Both the position numbers and the translations under genes were made by a program. Positions 25,445-36,008 of a stretch of DNA of 50,515 bases are shown here, one piece after another. Each line of letters opens with the position of its first letter. Within the stretch, counting starts at the first letter, position 1. The DNA is taken from the NCBI GenBank assembly GCA_022821265.1, contig JAJEDW010000200.1:1-50515 (forward strand), in the 5' to 3' direction. The notes beneath the pieces were generated by a model. The model had not been told where the DNA came from, made no database searches, and worked only from the letters and a program-made list of their open reading frames with translations. This DNA comes from Acidobacteriota bacterium (GTDB taxonomy: Bacteria; Acidobacteriota; Terriglobia; 20CM-2-55-15).

Positions 25445-25685
25445 CGGATTCCAATCTTCGAATCGCCCACAGCACTTGGCGATCCTGATAGGCCTTGGCC
25501 TGTCCCCGAGCGTTCTGAATGTTCACGCGGGGGTCGCCCGCCCACGGTATGCGGTAGACCTGGTGACTCGTCGCTGAGATTCGAGCCTTGCCGAAGTAAT
25601 GATCGCAGATCTTGCAGAGGTCCCTGAAGCGGACTCCGGCCGGATTCCGCTGCATCCCGGACAAGACTTCGTCGATCGACGCCAC
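25428..25685 (-). CDS. hicA: HicA-like toxin (putative)
   Basis: 85 aa, upstream of and overlapping hicB. The SHQVYRIPW...NIQ...GQAKAYQDRQVL pattern resembles a HicA variant. The assignment rests mainly on context. Confidence 0.5.
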   Translation of the reverse strand: MASIDEVLSGMQRNPAGVRFRDLCKICDHYFGKARISATSHQVYRIPWAGDPRVNIQNARGQAKAYQDRQVLWAIRRLESDGKDS

Positions 25686-25691
25686 GGATCG

Positions 25692-25700
25692 ATAGTATCA
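25692..25700 (-). promoter_or_regulatory. Candidate extended -10 element TGATACTAT, 6 nt upstream of the hicA GTG start (leaderless)
   Basis: The minus strand reads TAATGATACTATcgatccGTG in a locally AT-rich stretch. Confidence 0.4.
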
Positions 25701-25754
25701 TTAATGACATCACACTCGATGGTCCGCGACGCGCCGGCGCCCTGTGTCACGTCC

Positions 25755-26060
25755 TCACTCCGCGCCGTCGGGCACGACCACGCCGTCGGCGGCGAACTCT
25801 TCCAGGGTCTCGGGGTTCTTCCGGATGGCGCGAGCGACCGACCACTCGGCCGCGAATTCCAGCAGGAGGCCGTAGGGCACGATGCCGGCAAACACGAGGA
25901 AGCTCGCGACGTAGTAGCGATAGTAGACCAGCGCCAGCGGAACGAAGATGAAGAGCAGCATCAGGCGGTGCAGCACGGCGCCCGGCACCGTTCGCGTGCG
26001 CCACCAGTAGGACGCTTCCTTGCGAACGACCCGGAAACCGGTCTCAGGCGCCGGGGGCAT
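25755..26060 (-). CDS. Small membrane protein, hypothetical
   Basis: Two hydrophobic helices (LMLLFIFVPLALVYY and FLVFAGIVPYGLLLEF). The start overlaps the 3' end of 26044..27315 by 17 nt. Start choice is uncertain. Confidence 0.45.
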   Translation of the reverse strand: MPPAPETGFRVVRKEASYWWRTRTVPGAVLHRLMLLFIFVPLALVYYRYYVASFLVFAGIVPYGLLLEFAAEWSVARAIRKNPETLEEFAADGVVVPDGAE

Positions 26061-27315
26061 TGACGACCGCGGGCGGGTCCCAGGTCGCTTGCAAGTCCCG
26101 TATCCCGTTCGACGGGCTGCGCGCGAGACCGTCGAACGGACCCCGAACCTGCCCCAACTCGCTTCGGATGAAGCGTTGCAACTGGGCCCCGCGCTTCTCG
26201 ATGAGCGATCTCGCGTCCGAGGGCGTGTCGCCATTGAACAGGATGAAGTCGAGCTGGGCGGCGGCGGCGTCCCATTCCCAGATGCCGACGACCTCGCCGT
26301 CGCACAGCACGGTCGCCAGGGGATCCTTCAGCACGCGCCCCCCCAGCCGCGCGAACAGCTTCGTCGAGTGCTCCGGGCGCGTGAAGCGGGCCGCGATCTC
26401 GCGTTGGCCCTTCAGGAACACGTCGCGGAACGGGATGAAGTTGACGGCCGGGCTCTTCGGCTCGAACTCGGCGAGCTGTTTCAACTGCGGGCCTGGAATC
26501 AGGAACTCGTCCGCGCTGCCTGCGAGCGCGACCCGCTCGAGCTTCGGCTCGACGGACTCCACCGCCCGCATCGCCTCGGTCACGTGGAGACCGGACCACC
26601 ACGCGAAGTCCTTGACGCGCGCCGGACCCTCGGCCGCAAAATACCGTGCGGCGAGCGCGGCGCCGGCCGGTTCGGGCTTGAGCGGGAACGTGTGCGCCTC
26701 GGGTATCAGGCTCGACAGAAGCGCGAACGCGTGGTTGGGCGTATCCAGCCGCCCGTCGGACTGGACCTTGGCGATCCGGCCCTCTTCCCCGAGCAGGTGG
26801 ACCGCCAACCGGAGGCTCCCCGTCATGCCGATCCGCCGCAGCGTGGAGGGGAACTCCCGAACCAGACCCGACGGGACGCTGTCACGAATCTCCGCCTCGG
26901 TCCGCGGTCCGGACTCGAGGCAGCCGAGGACCGCGTTCTTCAGCCCGTCCATCTCCGCGCGCGTCAGCGGCAGAATGTCCTCGGCCTGGGCCGCCAGGTC
27001 CGTGAACGTTCGCGCGCGCACCTGGAGCGCCACGGGAACGTCCTCGGCCGGGACCAGCATGGTGTTTCCCCTCAGGACGTCCAACTGAACGAGCGCGCGT
27101 TCCCTGAAGACCATCCGGTCCAGGGCGGAGGGACGGAAGCCGGCCATGCGGGCCCAGAGCGAGATGTAGGGGGTGGAGCCGCCCGGCGCGTAGATCCATC
27201 CCACGGACCGGATCAGATCGACGACACCGCGGCCGCGGAACGGACGGTCGAGCCACTGCCGGTGCATCCGCCACGCATTGAGTCGCCCGAGTGGGAACGG
27301 CGTCATGCGTTTCAT
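26044..27315 (-). CDS. Winged-helix DNA-binding protein, YcaQ/AlkZ (DUF1006) family
   Basis: N-terminus RLNAWRMHRQWLD ... VVDLIRSVGWIYAPGGSTPYISLWARM is typical of the family; 423 aa. Confidence 0.7.
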   Translation of the reverse strand: MKRMTPFPLGRLNAWRMHRQWLDRPFRGRGVVDLIRSVGWIYAPGGSTPYISLWARMAGFRPSALDRMVFRERALVQLDVLRGNTMLVPAEDVPVALQVRARTFTDLAAQAEDILPLTRAEMDGLKNAVLGCLESGPRTEAEIRDSVPSGLVREFPSTLRRIGMTGSLRLAVHLLGEEGRIAKVQSDGRLDTPNHAFALLSSLIPEAHTFPLKPEPAGAALAARYFAAEGPARVKDFAWWSGLHVTEAMRAVESVEPKLERVALAGSADEFLIPGPQLKQLAEFEPKSPAVNFIPFRDVFLKGQREIAARFTRPEHSTKLFARLGGRVLKDPLATVLCDGEVVGIWEWDAAAAQLDFILFNGDTPSDARSLIEKRGAQLQRFIRSELGQVRGPFDGLARSPSNGIRDLQATWDPPAVVNAPGA

Positions 27316-27397
27316 GACCGGTATCGCCGTTCCCTGTCCCTGGTCTCGATCATGCGGGCAAGCGCCTTCCCGCCGGCTTCCCGGACAGTGTCCCGGG

Positions 27398-27406
27398 TGC
27401 TACACT
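27398..27406 (+). promoter_or_regulatory. Candidate extended -10 element TGCTACACT
   Basis: Second copy of the 15-mer CCGGGTGCTACACTC, about 97 nt upstream of 27503..27883. Confidence 0.3.
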
Positions 27407-27502
27407 CGGTGTCTCGACGGGAGTCCCGATTCTAGCAGTCCGGGGGGGAATTCGCCACCGGCTGCGGAAATTCAACACGCCGCGATGTAGACGATTCCCA
27501 GA

Positions 27503-27883
27503 ATGATCGGGTTGCGGCACGCCGCGCTGCGTGTCCGCGACGTCGATCGCTCCATCGACTTCTACCGGACGATGTTCGGCATGGAACTGGAGTGGAGGCC
27601 GGACGCCGACAACGCGTATCTCACCTCCGGAACCGACAACCTGGCGTTGCACGGCCTGCCCCCGGGAACCGAGCCCGGCGCGCCCCAGACGCTCGACCAC
27701 ATCGGTTTCGTCGTCCGAAGCGCCGAAGACGTGGACCTTTGGGCCGAGCACGTGAGGGCGCGGGAATGGCCGCTGGAAGAAGCGCCCAGGACGCACCGCG
27801 ACGGCGCGCGTTCCTTCTACCTCAAGGATCCCGACGGCATACTGATCCAGGTGATCCACCACCCGCCGATCAGCGATCCGTAA
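27503..27883 (+). CDS. VOC/glyoxalase family protein
   Basis: GLRHAALRVRDVDRSIDFYRTMFGMEL, HIGFVV, and SFYLKDPDGILIQV. Confidence 0.85.
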   Translation: MIGLRHAALRVRDVDRSIDFYRTMFGMELEWRPDADNAYLTSGTDNLALHGLPPGTEPGAPQTLDHIGFVVRSAEDVDLWAEHVRAREWPLEEAPRTHRDGARSFYLKDPDGILIQVIHHPPISDP

Positions 27884-27901
27884 CGCCCCCGGGTTCGGTC
27901 G

Positions 27902-27910
27902 TGTTATAAA
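27902..27910 (+). promoter_or_regulatory. Candidate extended -10 element TGTTATAAA upstream of the acyl-CoA ligase gene
   Basis: AT-rich island. RBS GGAGG follows at 27928..27932 and ATG at 27939. Confidence 0.4.
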
Positions 27911-27938
27911 CTCGCACCTGAAATTACGGAGGTTCTCC

Positions 27939-29393
27939 ATGCCCTTCATCTCCGAGATGTTCGATCAGGCGGTCGCGAAGCATCGCGACCGTACGGCGCT
28001 CGTCGACGAGACCGGACGCTCGTGGTCGTTCGGCGAGCTGGACGGCGAAGTCCATCGACTTGCGGCGAGGATTCAGAACGAGGTCCCCGGCAACGCGGTC
28101 GGCATCCTGCTGCTGAATTCCGAGCGCTACCTGATTTCGATGCTCGCCGTCTGGCGGGCCGGAAAGACGGCCGTGCCCTTGAACTACCTGCTGCCGCCGC
28201 AGGATCTCGGCTTCATCCTGAAAGACTCGGGAATGTCGGGGCTGATCGCGTCCGGCTTCTTCAACGAGGCATTGACCAAGATCCGGCCGCTGTTCGGAGA
28301 CCGCGGCACGATTCTGATGGCGGACGCCCCCGACTTCCTGCCGCCGGACGCCGCCCGGGCGGAAGCGGCGGACCAGGACCCGGCGCTGTTCCTGTACACC
28401 TCCGGGACGACCGGACGGCCCAAGGGCGTGGTTCTCACCCATGCCAACCTGCTCGCGAACGTCCGCTCGTGCCAGCAGGCCGGGGATTTCGACGAGACGG
28501 ACAGCTTCCTGTGCCTGCTTCCCTTCTTCCACACCTACGCGATCACGGGCACGTTCCTGCTGCCCATGCTCCACGGGGCCAAGATGGTCCTGCTGGACCG
28601 GTTCCAGCCCGTGAAGGTCCTGAACCTGATCGCCGCCCACGGGATCACGTGTTTCCTGGCCATTCCGTCGATGTACCGCGTGCTGGCCGCCACCGAGGAG
28701 CCCGTCGACGTCAGCTCGCTGCGCTTTCCGATCTCGGGCGGCGAACCGTTGCCGGTGGCCGTGGCCGAGGCGTTTCAAGCGCGGTTCGGGGTGGACATCT
28801 TCGAAGGCTACGGCCAGACCGAGGCGGCGCCGGTCGTCTCGCTCAACGTCCCGGGCGCCCGCAAGCTGGGAACCGTGGGCCGCGCGCTGCCCAACGTCGA
28901 AATGGCGATCTGGGACGACGAGAAGACACCGCTTCCGGCCGGAGACGTCGGCGAGATCATGGTGCGCGGAGACAACGTCATGGCCGGCTACCGCAATCTC
29001 CCGGAAGAAACGGCGCGGACCGTCACGGACGGATGGCTGCATACCGGCGACCTCGGGCACATGGACGCGGACGGGTACGTGACGATCACCGGCCGGAAGA
29101 AAGACCTCATCATCTCCGCGGGCGAGAACATCTATCCCCGCGAGATCGAGGAAGTCCTCCATCAGCATGTGGGCGTGAAGGAAGCGGCCGTCATCGGAAT
29201 CGCCGACGAGACTCGGGGCGAAGTCCCGAAAGCGTTCGTGATCGGGCAGGAGGGGGCGGCACTCGACGACAAGGAACTGCGAAGCTTCTGCCGCGAACGC
29301 ATGGCCGCCTACAAGGTGCCCCGCGTCTTCGAAATCGTCCCCGATTTGCCGCGGAACCCGACCGGCAAGGTCCTGAAAAGGATGCTCAAGTGA
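27939..29393 (+). CDS. AMP-dependent acyl-CoA ligase (FadD-like)
   Basis: [44 protein letters not shown], and PRNPTGKVLK. Confidence 0.9.
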   Translation: MPFISEMFDQAVAKHRDRTALVDETGRSWSFGELDGEVHRLAARIQNEVPGNAVGILLLNSERYLISMLAVWRAGKTAVPLNYLLPPQDLGFILKDSGMSGLIASGFFNEALTKIRPLFGDRGTILMADAPDFLPPDAARAEAADQDPALFLYTSGTTGRPKGVVLTHANLLANVRSCQQAGDFDETDSFLCLLPFFHTYAITGTFLLPMLHGAKMVLLDRFQPVKVLNLIAAHGITCFLAIPSMYRVLAATEEPVDVSSLRFPISGGEPLPVAVAEAFQARFGVDIFEGYGQTEAAPVVSLNVPGARKLGTVGRALPNVEMAIWDDEKTPLPAGDVGEIMVRGDNVMAGYRNLPEETARTVTDGWLHTGDLGHMDADGYVTITGRKKDLIISAGENIYPREIEEVLHQHVGVKEAAVIGIADETRGEVPKAFVIGQEGAALDDKELRSFCRERMAAYKVPRVFEIVPDLPRNPTGKVLKRMLK

Positions 29394-29394
29394 C

Positions 29395-29417
29395 GGCCGC
29401 GCGGCCCGTTTGATTTC
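29395..29417 (+). terminator. Candidate terminator (GGCC-GCGC-GGCC followed by CGTTTGATTT)
   Basis: Short GC hairpin plus a T-rich tail immediately after the ligase stop codon. Confidence 0.35.
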
Positions 29418-29437
29418 GGTTGGCCGGCATGTATAAT
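29410..29437 (+). promoter_or_regulatory. Candidate sigma70 promoter TTGATT, 16 nt, TATAAT for the ferredoxin gene
   Basis: Perfect -10 hexamer at 29432..29437. The downstream RBS GAAGGAG precedes ATG 29492. Confidence 0.5.
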
Positions 29438-29491
29438 GACTTCCGCTGAGCGCCAGTATCCGATCCGTTATACACGTCGAAGGAGATCGCA

Positions 29492-29761
29492 ATGACCTAC
29501 ATCATCGGTTCGCCCTGCATCGGCACCAAGGACACGGCGTGCGTGGATGCCTGCCCGGTGGACTGCATCCATCCGAAGTCGGACGAGGAAGGTTTCGAGG
29601 AGACCCAACTGCTGTTCATCAACCCCGAAGAGTGCATCGACTGCGGCGCGTGCGAGCCGGCCTGCCCGGTATCGGCCATCTGGCCCGAGGACAGCGTGCC
29701 CGAGGACGAGCAGCAGTACATTGCGATGAACTACGAGTACTTCGGCCAGACCGCGCCGTAG
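29492..29761 (+). CDS. Ferredoxin, [3Fe-4S][4Fe-4S]/7Fe type (FdxA-like)
   Basis: [27 protein letters not shown] and [16 protein letters not shown]. Confidence 0.9.
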   Translation: MTYIIGSPCIGTKDTACVDACPVDCIHPKSDEEGFEETQLLFINPEECIDCGACEPACPVSAIWPEDSVPEDEQQYIAMNYEYFGQTAP

Positions 29762-29791
29762 CGCGTTTACCGAAGAATCTCCGATCGATGG

Positions 29792-29823
29792 ACGGGCGGC
29801 CCGCGGGCCGCCCGTTTTGTTTT
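29792..29823 (+). terminator. Rho-independent terminator
   Basis: Perfect 10-bp stem ACGGGCGGCC / GGCCGCCCGT with a CGCG loop, followed by TTTGTTTT. Confidence 0.8.
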
Positions 29824-29870
29824 CGGGCGGCCGTGGTTTATTCTCCGTGCGCCCGGGTGAGGAGACCTCC

Positions 29871-31826
29871 ATGGCGGATGGGACGAGCATCGAGTCGAGC
29901 CTGAACGAAACACGTGTCTTTCAGCCCAGCCGGGACTTCGCCGGCCGTGCACGGGTGGGCAGCCTTGAGGCCTACGAGGCGCTCTACGCGCGGTCGATGG
30001 ACGATCCGGATGGATTCTGGACCGAGGTCGCCTCCGAGCTGGAGTGGTTCGAGCCCTGGTCGCGGGTGATGGAAGGGGACGCGCCGTGGGTGAAGTGGTT
30101 CGTCGGGGCGAAGACCAACCTGTCCTACAACTGCCTGGACCGGCACCTGACGACGTGGCGCAAGAACCGGGCCGCCCTGATCTGGGAAGGCGAGCCGGGC
30201 GACGTCCGCGTCTTCACCTACCAGATGCTCCATCGCGAGGTCTGCCGGTTCGCGAACGTGTTGACCACGTTGGGCCTGGAAGCCGGGGACCGGGCCACGA
30301 TCTATCTCGGCATGATTCCGGAGCTGCCGATCGCGATGCTGGCCTGCGCGCGCATCGGCGTCACCCACAACGTCGTGTTCGGCGGGTTCAGCGCCGACGC
30401 GTTGCGCGACCGGATCAACGATTCCCGGTCCAGGGTCGTCATCACGGCCGACGGCGGGCGCCGGCGCGGCGCCGTCGTTCCGTTGAAGAAGAACGCGGAC
30501 GAGGCGATGACCGATACGCCGTCGGTGGAGCACGTGATCGTCGTCCGGCGCACGGGCGAGGACGTGTCGATGCGGTCCGGCCGCGACCTGTGGCTGCACG
30601 AACTGTACCGCGACGCCTCGGATCGGTGCGAAGCGGCGGCGCTGGACGCCGAGCATCCGTCGTTCATGCTCTACACCAGCGGGACCACCGGAAAACCGAA
30701 GGGCGTGGTGCACAGCACCGGGGGGTACATGGTCGGCGCGTACGCGACCGCGCGGTGGGTCTTCGATCTCCAGGACGAGGACACGTACTGGTGCGCCGCC
30801 GATTGCGGTTGGGTGACCGGGCACACCTACATCGTTTACGGGCCTCTTCTCAACGGGACGACCTGCATGATGTACGAGGGCGCCCCGAACCATCCCGGGC
30901 CGGATCGGCTCTGGTCGATCATCGAGAAATACCGGGTGACGATTCTCTACACGGCGCCCACCGCCATTCGCTCCTTCATCAAGTGGGGCGACCAGTGGCC
31001 GGAGAAGCACGACCTGTCCAGCCTCCGGCTCCTCGGCACCGTGGGCGAACCGATCAACCCGGAAGCCTGGATGTGGTACCACACGCGGATCGGCGGCGGG
31101 CGCTGCCCGATCGTCGACACGTGGTGGCAGACCGAGACGGGCTCGATCATGATCTCGCCCCTGCCCGGGGCGACTCCCACGAAGCCCGGCTCGGGGACGC
31201 GGCCGCTGCCGGGGATCGTCCCGGACATCGTGGACAAGGACGGCCGTTCGCTGCCCGACAACCAGGGCGGATTCCTGGTCGTGCGGCGTCCATGGCCGTC
31301 CATGATGCGGACGATCTACGGCGATCCGGAACGGTACGAGCGCCAGTACTGGAACGAGATCCCCGGTGTCTACTTCACGGGCGACGGGGCGCGCCGCGAC
31401 GAGGACGGCTATTACTGGATCATGGGCCGCATCGACGACGTGATCAACGTTTCCGGCCACCGGATCGGCACCATGGAGGTGGAGAGCGCTTTGGTGTCCC
31501 ACGCGAACGTGGCCGAGGCGGCCGCCGTCGGCGTCGAGCATGACGTCAAGGGACAGGCGGTGGTGGCTTTCGTCACGCCGAAGGGCGCGTCCGCGCCCGG
31601 GCCCGAGCTCACGGACGCCCTGCGCGACCATGTCGCCAAGATGATCGGCGCCTTCGCCAAGCCGGAGCAGATCCGGTTTACCGACGCGCTGCCCAAGACC
31701 CGGTCCGGCAAGATCATGCGCCGGCTGCTGCGCGACCTGGCGTCGGGCCGGGAAACCGTGGGCGACACCACGACCCTGGAGGACTACTCGGTGCTGGCGG
31801 CGCTCCGCGAATCGGAGGAAGGATAG
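29871..31826 (+). CDS. acs: Acetyl-CoA synthetase
   Basis: ATG is preceded by GAGGAG. Motifs [63 protein letters not shown] and [14 protein letters not shown]. Confidence 0.95.
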   Translation: MADGTSIESSLNETRVFQPSRDFAGRARVGSLEAYEALYARSMDDPDGFWTEVASELEWFEPWSRVMEGDAPWVKWFVGAKTNLSYNCLDRHLTTWRKNRAALIWEGEPGDVRVFTYQMLHREVCRFANVLTTLGLEAGDRATIYLGMIPELPIAMLACARIGVTHNVVFGGFSADALRDRINDSRSRVVITADGGRRRGAVVPLKKNADEAMTDTPSVEHVIVVRRTGEDVSMRSGRDLWLHELYRDASDRCEAAALDAEHPSFMLYTSGTTGKPKGVVHSTGGYMVGAYATARWVFDLQDEDTYWCAADCGWVTGHTYIVYGPLLNGTTCMMYEGAPNHPGPDRLWSIIEKYRVTILYTAPTAIRSFIKWGDQWPEKHDLSSLRLLGTVGEPINPEAWMWYHTRIGGGRCPIVDTWWQTETGSIMISPLPGATPTKPGSGTRPLPGIVPDIVDKDGRSLPDNQGGFLVVRRPWPSMMRTIYGDPERYERQYWNEIPGVYFTGDGARRDEDGYYWIMGRIDDVINVSGHRIGTMEVESALVSHANVAEAAAVGVEHDVKGQAVVAFVTPKGASAPGPELTDALRDHVAKMIGAFAKPEQIRFTDALPKTRSGKIMRRLLRDLASGRETVGDTTTLEDYSVLAALRESEEG

Positions 31827-31833
31827 GTCCGAG

Positions 31834-32736
31834 GTGAAAGTCGGCTTCATCGGCCTGGGGATCATGGGCCGGCCCATGGCGTTGAACCTGGTTCGCGCCG
31901 GTTTCCGCCTCGTCGTTCACAACCGAAGCCGGCAAGTCGTGGACGCGCTCGCCGCCGCCGGAGCCCGCGGCGCCGGCTCCCCCAAGGAGGTCGCCGCCGC
32001 GTCGGACGTCGTCATAACGATGCTGCCCGATTCTCCCGACGTCGAGCAGGTCGTGCTCGGAACCGACGGCCTGATCGACGGCATCCGGTTCGGCACGCTG
32101 CTCGTCGACATGAGCACGATCAATCCCCTGGTGTCCCGCAAAGTCGGCGGCGCCATGGCGGCGCGGGGAGCCGCCATGCTCGACGCCCCGGTGAGCGGGG
32201 GCGAGAAGGGCGCCATCGACGGCACACTGTCGATCATGGTCGGAGGCGAGAGCCGCGACGTCGAACGGGCCCGGCCGTTGTTCGATGTCATGGGGCGGAC
32301 CGTTACGCACATGGGTCCGCTCGGCAGCGGCGGCTTCACGAAGCTCGCGAATCAGATCATCGTCGCCGTCAACCTGAGCGCCATCGGCGAGGCGCTTGTC
32401 CTGGGCGCCCGGTCGGGCGTGGATCCGGAGAAGATGATCCAGGCGCTGTCGGGCGGCATGGCGGCCAGCCGGTGCCTGGAACTGAAGGGCGGGAAGATCC
32501 TGTCAGGGGACTTCGAGCCCGGATTCAAGATCGACCTGCACGCCAAGGATCTGCGACTCGTACGCCAGACGGCCGATGCCCTGGGCGTGGCCATTCCGAC
32601 GACCGCGCTGGTGGAGCAGTACCTCACCGCTTTGAGGACGCGGGGGAAGGGCGGAGAGGACCACTCCGCGATCATCCGCTTTTTCGAGGACCTAGCGGGA
32701 ATCGAAGTCCGAAACGGCTCCGGCGGCGGCTACTGA
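31834..32736 (+). CDS. 2-hydroxy-3-oxopropionate (tartronate semialdehyde) reductase / 3-hydroxyisobutyrate dehydrogenase family
   Basis: KVGFIGLGIMGRPMALNL, DAPVSGGEKGA, and KDLRL. Confidence 0.85.
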   Translation: MKVGFIGLGIMGRPMALNLVRAGFRLVVHNRSRQVVDALAAAGARGAGSPKEVAAASDVVITMLPDSPDVEQVVLGTDGLIDGIRFGTLLVDMSTINPLVSRKVGGAMAARGAAMLDAPVSGGEKGAIDGTLSIMVGGESRDVERARPLFDVMGRTVTHMGPLGSGGFTKLANQIIVAVNLSAIGEALVLGARSGVDPEKMIQALSGGMAASRCLELKGGKILSGDFEPGFKIDLHAKDLRLVRQTADALGVAIPTTALVEQYLTALRTRGKGGEDHSAIIRFFEDLAGIEVRNGSGGGY

Positions 32737-33236
32737 ACCGTCCGCGCGTAGTTGAGGTAGCTCTCGGCCGAGGCCTCCAGCGTGTCGAGATACGCCGGCC
32801 AGGACTCGGGGGTGTATCCGACGGGCGCCTCGGTCGATCTCAACTCGCCGATGACGGCGATGGCGCGCTCTCCGTACTCGATCGCCGCGTCGACGTCTTC
32901 CCGGGTCAGGGCCAGATTGTAGGTCAGCGCGATCAGGGCCTCGACGTTGTCCTCCTCCTCGTCCAGCAGCTTGCGCGCGTACACCATCGCGTTGGCGGAG
33001 TCCTGTTGCTGGTTGTAGATGTTCATGATCATCGTGAGGATCTGAACATGAACGGGCGATCCGGGAAATTCGCTTTCGAACTGCATGGCCAACTCGAGCC
33101 GGTCGCTGTCGCTGGCGGCGGCCTCGATCTGCCCGAAGAGCGCGTCTTCGGGTGTGCCGGCGATGAGCTGGGCCGAAGCGCCGGTCGCGAAGACCAGCGA
33201 GAGGACGAGGGCGCCAACGAGACATTGGACTTTCAT
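32730..33236 (-). CDS. Secreted helical (TPR-like) hypothetical protein
   Basis: Signal peptide MKVQCLVGALVLSLVFATGASA. RBS AGGAG. Acidic helical composition. No family recognised. Confidence 0.6.
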   Translation of the reverse strand: MKVQCLVGALVLSLVFATGASAQLIAGTPEDALFGQIEAAASDSDRLELAMQFESEFPGSPVHVQILTMIMNIYNQQQDSANAMVYARKLLDEEEDNVEALIALTYNLALTREDVDAAIEYGERAIAVIGELRSTEAPVGYTPESWPAYLDTLEASAESYLNYARTVQ

Positions 33237-33303
33237 CGTTCTATCGCTCCTGTGAGCCGCAATTTAGCAGAGTTTTCCAAGAGAATTCACGAAATTTTGA
33301 CCG

Positions 33304-34524
33304 TCAGTCCAACCGGTTGCCGGCGAAACGCCGCTTGACGTAGTCGTCAACGATCGCGGTGAACTCGGCCACGATGGATTCGCCCTTCAACGTGGTCATC
33401 AGCCGGGAGTCCACGTAGACGGGCGCCTTGGGCTCTTCGCCCGTCCCGGGCAGCGAAATGCCGATGTCGGCGTGCTTGGATTCGCCCGGTCCGTTGACCA
33501 CGCAACCCATCACCGCGACCCGGAGATCCTCGACGCCCGGATACCGCGACTTCCATACCGGCATCTGCCGCTCCAGGTACGCGTCGATATCGGCCGCCAT
33601 CTCCTGGAACAGCGTGCTCGTCGTCCGGCCGCACCCGGGGCAGGCGGTCACCGCGGGCGCGAACCGGCGCAGGTCCAGGCTCTGCAGGATGTCGCGCGCC
33701 ACGCGGACCTCCTCGGCGCGGTCGCCTCCCGGCTCGGGCGTCAGGCTGACGCGGATCGTGTCTCCGATCCCCTCCTGAAGCAGCACCGCCAGGGCCGCGG
33801 CGCTCCGCACCGTCCCCCGGCGCCCCATCCCGGCCTCGGTCAATCCGAGATGCAGGGGGCAGTCGGTCCGGCGCGAAAGCTCCCGGTACACGTCGATCAG
33901 GTCCTGCACCTGGGACACCTTCGCGCTGAGGATGACGGCGTTCTCCGGAAGGCCGCAGGACTCGGCGACGGCGACCGAATCGAGCGCGCTGCGGACCATG
34001 GCTTCGAGGATCACGCCCCGGGCGTCCTTGGGTTCGGCCCGCGCGGCGTTCTCGTCCATCAGGCGCGTGACGAGCGCCTGGTCGAGCGAGCCCCAGTTGA
34101 CGCCGATCCGAACGGGCTTGCCGTTGTCGCGCGCGATGCCGACGATGGTCTGGAAGTTCCGGTCGTCGCGCTGTCCGATGCCGACGTTGCCGGGATTGAT
34201 GCGGTACTTGGCCAGGGCGCGGGCGCATTCGGGAAAGTCCCGGAGCAGGACATGGCCGTTGTAGTGGAAGTCGCCGACGATAGGGACATCCAGGCCGGCG
34301 TCGCCCAGCCGTTCGACGATTTCGGGAACCGCGGCGGCCGCGGCCGGCGTGTTGACGGTGACGCGCACCAGCTCGGATCCGGCCTCGGCCAGGTCGTGGA
34401 CCTGGCGGGCGGTGGCCTCGACGTCGGCCGTGTCAGTGTTGGTCATGGACTGGACCACGATCGGATGCCGCCCTCCGATAGGAACGCCGCCCACGTCCAC
34501 GGTGCGTGTTTCGCGTCGTATCAC
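33304..34524 (-). CDS. ispG: 4-hydroxy-3-methylbut-2-en-1-yl diphosphate synthase
   Basis: [25 protein letters not shown], and [11 protein letters not shown]. Confidence 0.95.
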   Translation of the reverse strand: MIRRETRTVDVGGVPIGGRHPIVVQSMTNTDTADVEATARQVHDLAEAGSELVRVTVNTPAAAAAVPEIVERLGDAGLDVPIVGDFHYNGHVLLRDFPECARALAKYRINPGNVGIGQRDDRNFQTIVGIARDNGKPVRIGVNWGSLDQALVTRLMDENAARAEPKDARGVILEAMVRSALDSVAVAESCGLPENAVILSAKVSQVQDLIDVYRELSRRTDCPLHLGLTEAGMGRRGTVRSAAALAVLLQEGIGDTIRVSLTPEPGGDRAEEVRVARDILQSLDLRRFAPAVTACPGCGRTTSTLFQEMAADIDAYLERQMPVWKSRYPGVEDLRVAVMGCVVNGPGESKHADIGISLPGTGEEPKAPVYVDSRLMTTLKGESIVAEFTAIVDDYVKRRFAGNRLD

Positions 34525-34576
34525 GTCCGGATTCCTTTCGCACGCCGTCGCCCGGACGGGCGCGACCGCTCGAGGG

Positions 34577-35536
34577 TTAATCTATCACCGCCGTCTCCTG
34601 CGGCACATACATGTTCAGGATCTCACGCGCGATCGCCGCGGCCATCTCCATGCGTCCCGACGCGCCGCCCATGATCGTGATCTTTCCCATCTCCACGGTC
34701 TCGAACTCGACGATCTTCTCGGTGCCCCGGATCCCGTGAAAGGGATCGTCCTTGCTGTAGAGCTTCGGGCCGACCTGGATGGACTCGCCGTCGTAGACGC
34801 CCACCAGCTTCCAGGCCCGTCCCGAGTCGATCGCCACCCGCGGGTCGACGTCCCGAATCCCCTGAATGCGAACGTCGTCGAGGTGGAAGTTCGACCCCGT
34901 CGCGGCGTTGACCATGATGATCATCTTCGCGGCGGTGTCGATGCCCTCGATGTCCTGGTCCGGATCGGGCTCCGCGATCTCCATCGCGACGGCCTTCGCC
35001 AGGGACTCGTCGAAGGTCCGTCCGGCTTCCATTTCCGTCAGGATCAGGTTGGTCGTGCTGTTGGCGGCGGCCCGCATTCGAGTCAGCGTCGCGCCCCGGA
35101 GGTCCCGGACTGCCGTATTGACGGCCGGGAACACGCCGTCGATGCAGAAGTGGAACTTCGCGCCGGACGCCTGCGCCTGCGAGTTGAGATCGCGGTAGGC
35201 CGCCACCAGCGGCCCCTTGTTCACCGTCAAGACGTCGATGCCGCCCTCGAGCGCCGACTTCAACAGCCTGGTCGCCGGCGCTCCGTCGGGATAGACGCTC
35301 GGAAGCGCCTCGATGACCACGTCGGCGTCCTGGATCGGGTCGACGCCGGGCTCGCAGGCCAGCGCGTCGAGGTCCAGGGCGACCGTCTCCTCGCCCCGCC
35401 ATGCACCGGAGCGCCGGAGGACGCCGACGACGCGCAGGTCGATCGGAAAATCGCGCTTCGGCCAGTATTCGAGCAATCCCCGCACCACGTTCCCGGCCCC
35501 CAGGAAGGCGACGCGCAACGTTCGCTCCGACGTCAT
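34577..35536 (-). CDS. Homoserine dehydrogenase family oxidoreductase
   Basis: Start ATG is at 35536..35534. [14 protein letters not shown] (Rossmann), [10 protein letters not shown], and a C-terminal catalytic-domain-like region. The exact subfamily is uncertain. Confidence 0.55.
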   Translation of the reverse strand: MTSERTLRVAFLGAGNVVRGLLEYWPKRDFPIDLRVVGVLRRSGAWRGEETVALDLDALACEPGVDPIQDADVVIEALPSVYPDGAPATRLLKSALEGGIDVLTVNKGPLVAAYRDLNSQAQASGAKFHFCIDGVFPAVNTAVRDLRGATLTRMRAAANSTTNLILTEMEAGRTFDESLAKAVAMEIAEPDPDQDIEGIDTAAKMIIMVNAATGSNFHLDDVRIQGIRDVDPRVAIDSGRAWKLVGVYDGESIQVGPKLYSKDDPFHGIRGTEKIVEFETVEMGKITIMGGASGRMEMAAAIAREILNMYVPQETAVID

Positions 35537-35581
35537 GGCGCCATGGTACACTCGCCCGGACGAAACCACTCCCCCGGATTG

Positions 35582-35983
35582 ATGTTTGGCGTCCCGCTCC
35601 ACCGGTTGATCATCTATCTTCCCGTCCTTCTTTCGTTTGCGGCGCTCGTCACCGACGCCTGGGCCGCGGCGTCCGGGGCGGGGCGCGCCCACGCCGCCGG
35701 CTCCCGCCTTTCGAAATGGGCGGCGGCGGCGGCGCTGGCCGCGGTGGCAAGCGGCTTCAGCCTGGCCGGGCAGTCGGGTGTCGGGAGCCGCGGCGAGGTC
35801 ACCGGACACGCGGCGCTGGGTTCGGCCGCGGCGATCGTCCTGGCGGCGTTCGCCTACGCGCGGTACGCCGCGGAGAACCGCGGCGAGGGGCCCGCGACAG
35901 CCTACTCCGGACTCTGGATGGCGGCCGAGGTCCTGGCCGTGGTCCTGGTGACCGCTGCGGCCGTCGTCGGCTTCGGCCTGTAA
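35582..35983 (+). CDS. Integral membrane protein (four helices, DUF2231-like)
   Basis: Hydrophobic segments IIYLPVLLSFAALV, AAAAALAAVASGF, AAAIVLAAFAYA and VLAVVLVTAAAVVGF. Confidence 0.55.
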   Translation: MFGVPLHRLIIYLPVLLSFAALVTDAWAAASGAGRAHAAGSRLSKWAAAAALAAVASGFSLAGQSGVGSRGEVTGHAALGSAAAIVLAAFAYARYAAENRGEGPATAYSGLWMAAEVLAVVLVTAAAVVGFGL

Positions 35984-36008
35984 CGCCAGAGCCCCCCGGT
36001 CCGGATTC

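Noticed and set aside
29838-31877. 679-aa minus-strand and 499-aa plus-strand ORFs over acs
   Set aside because: They are shadows of the acs frame, which carries every canonical acetyl-CoA synthetase motif.
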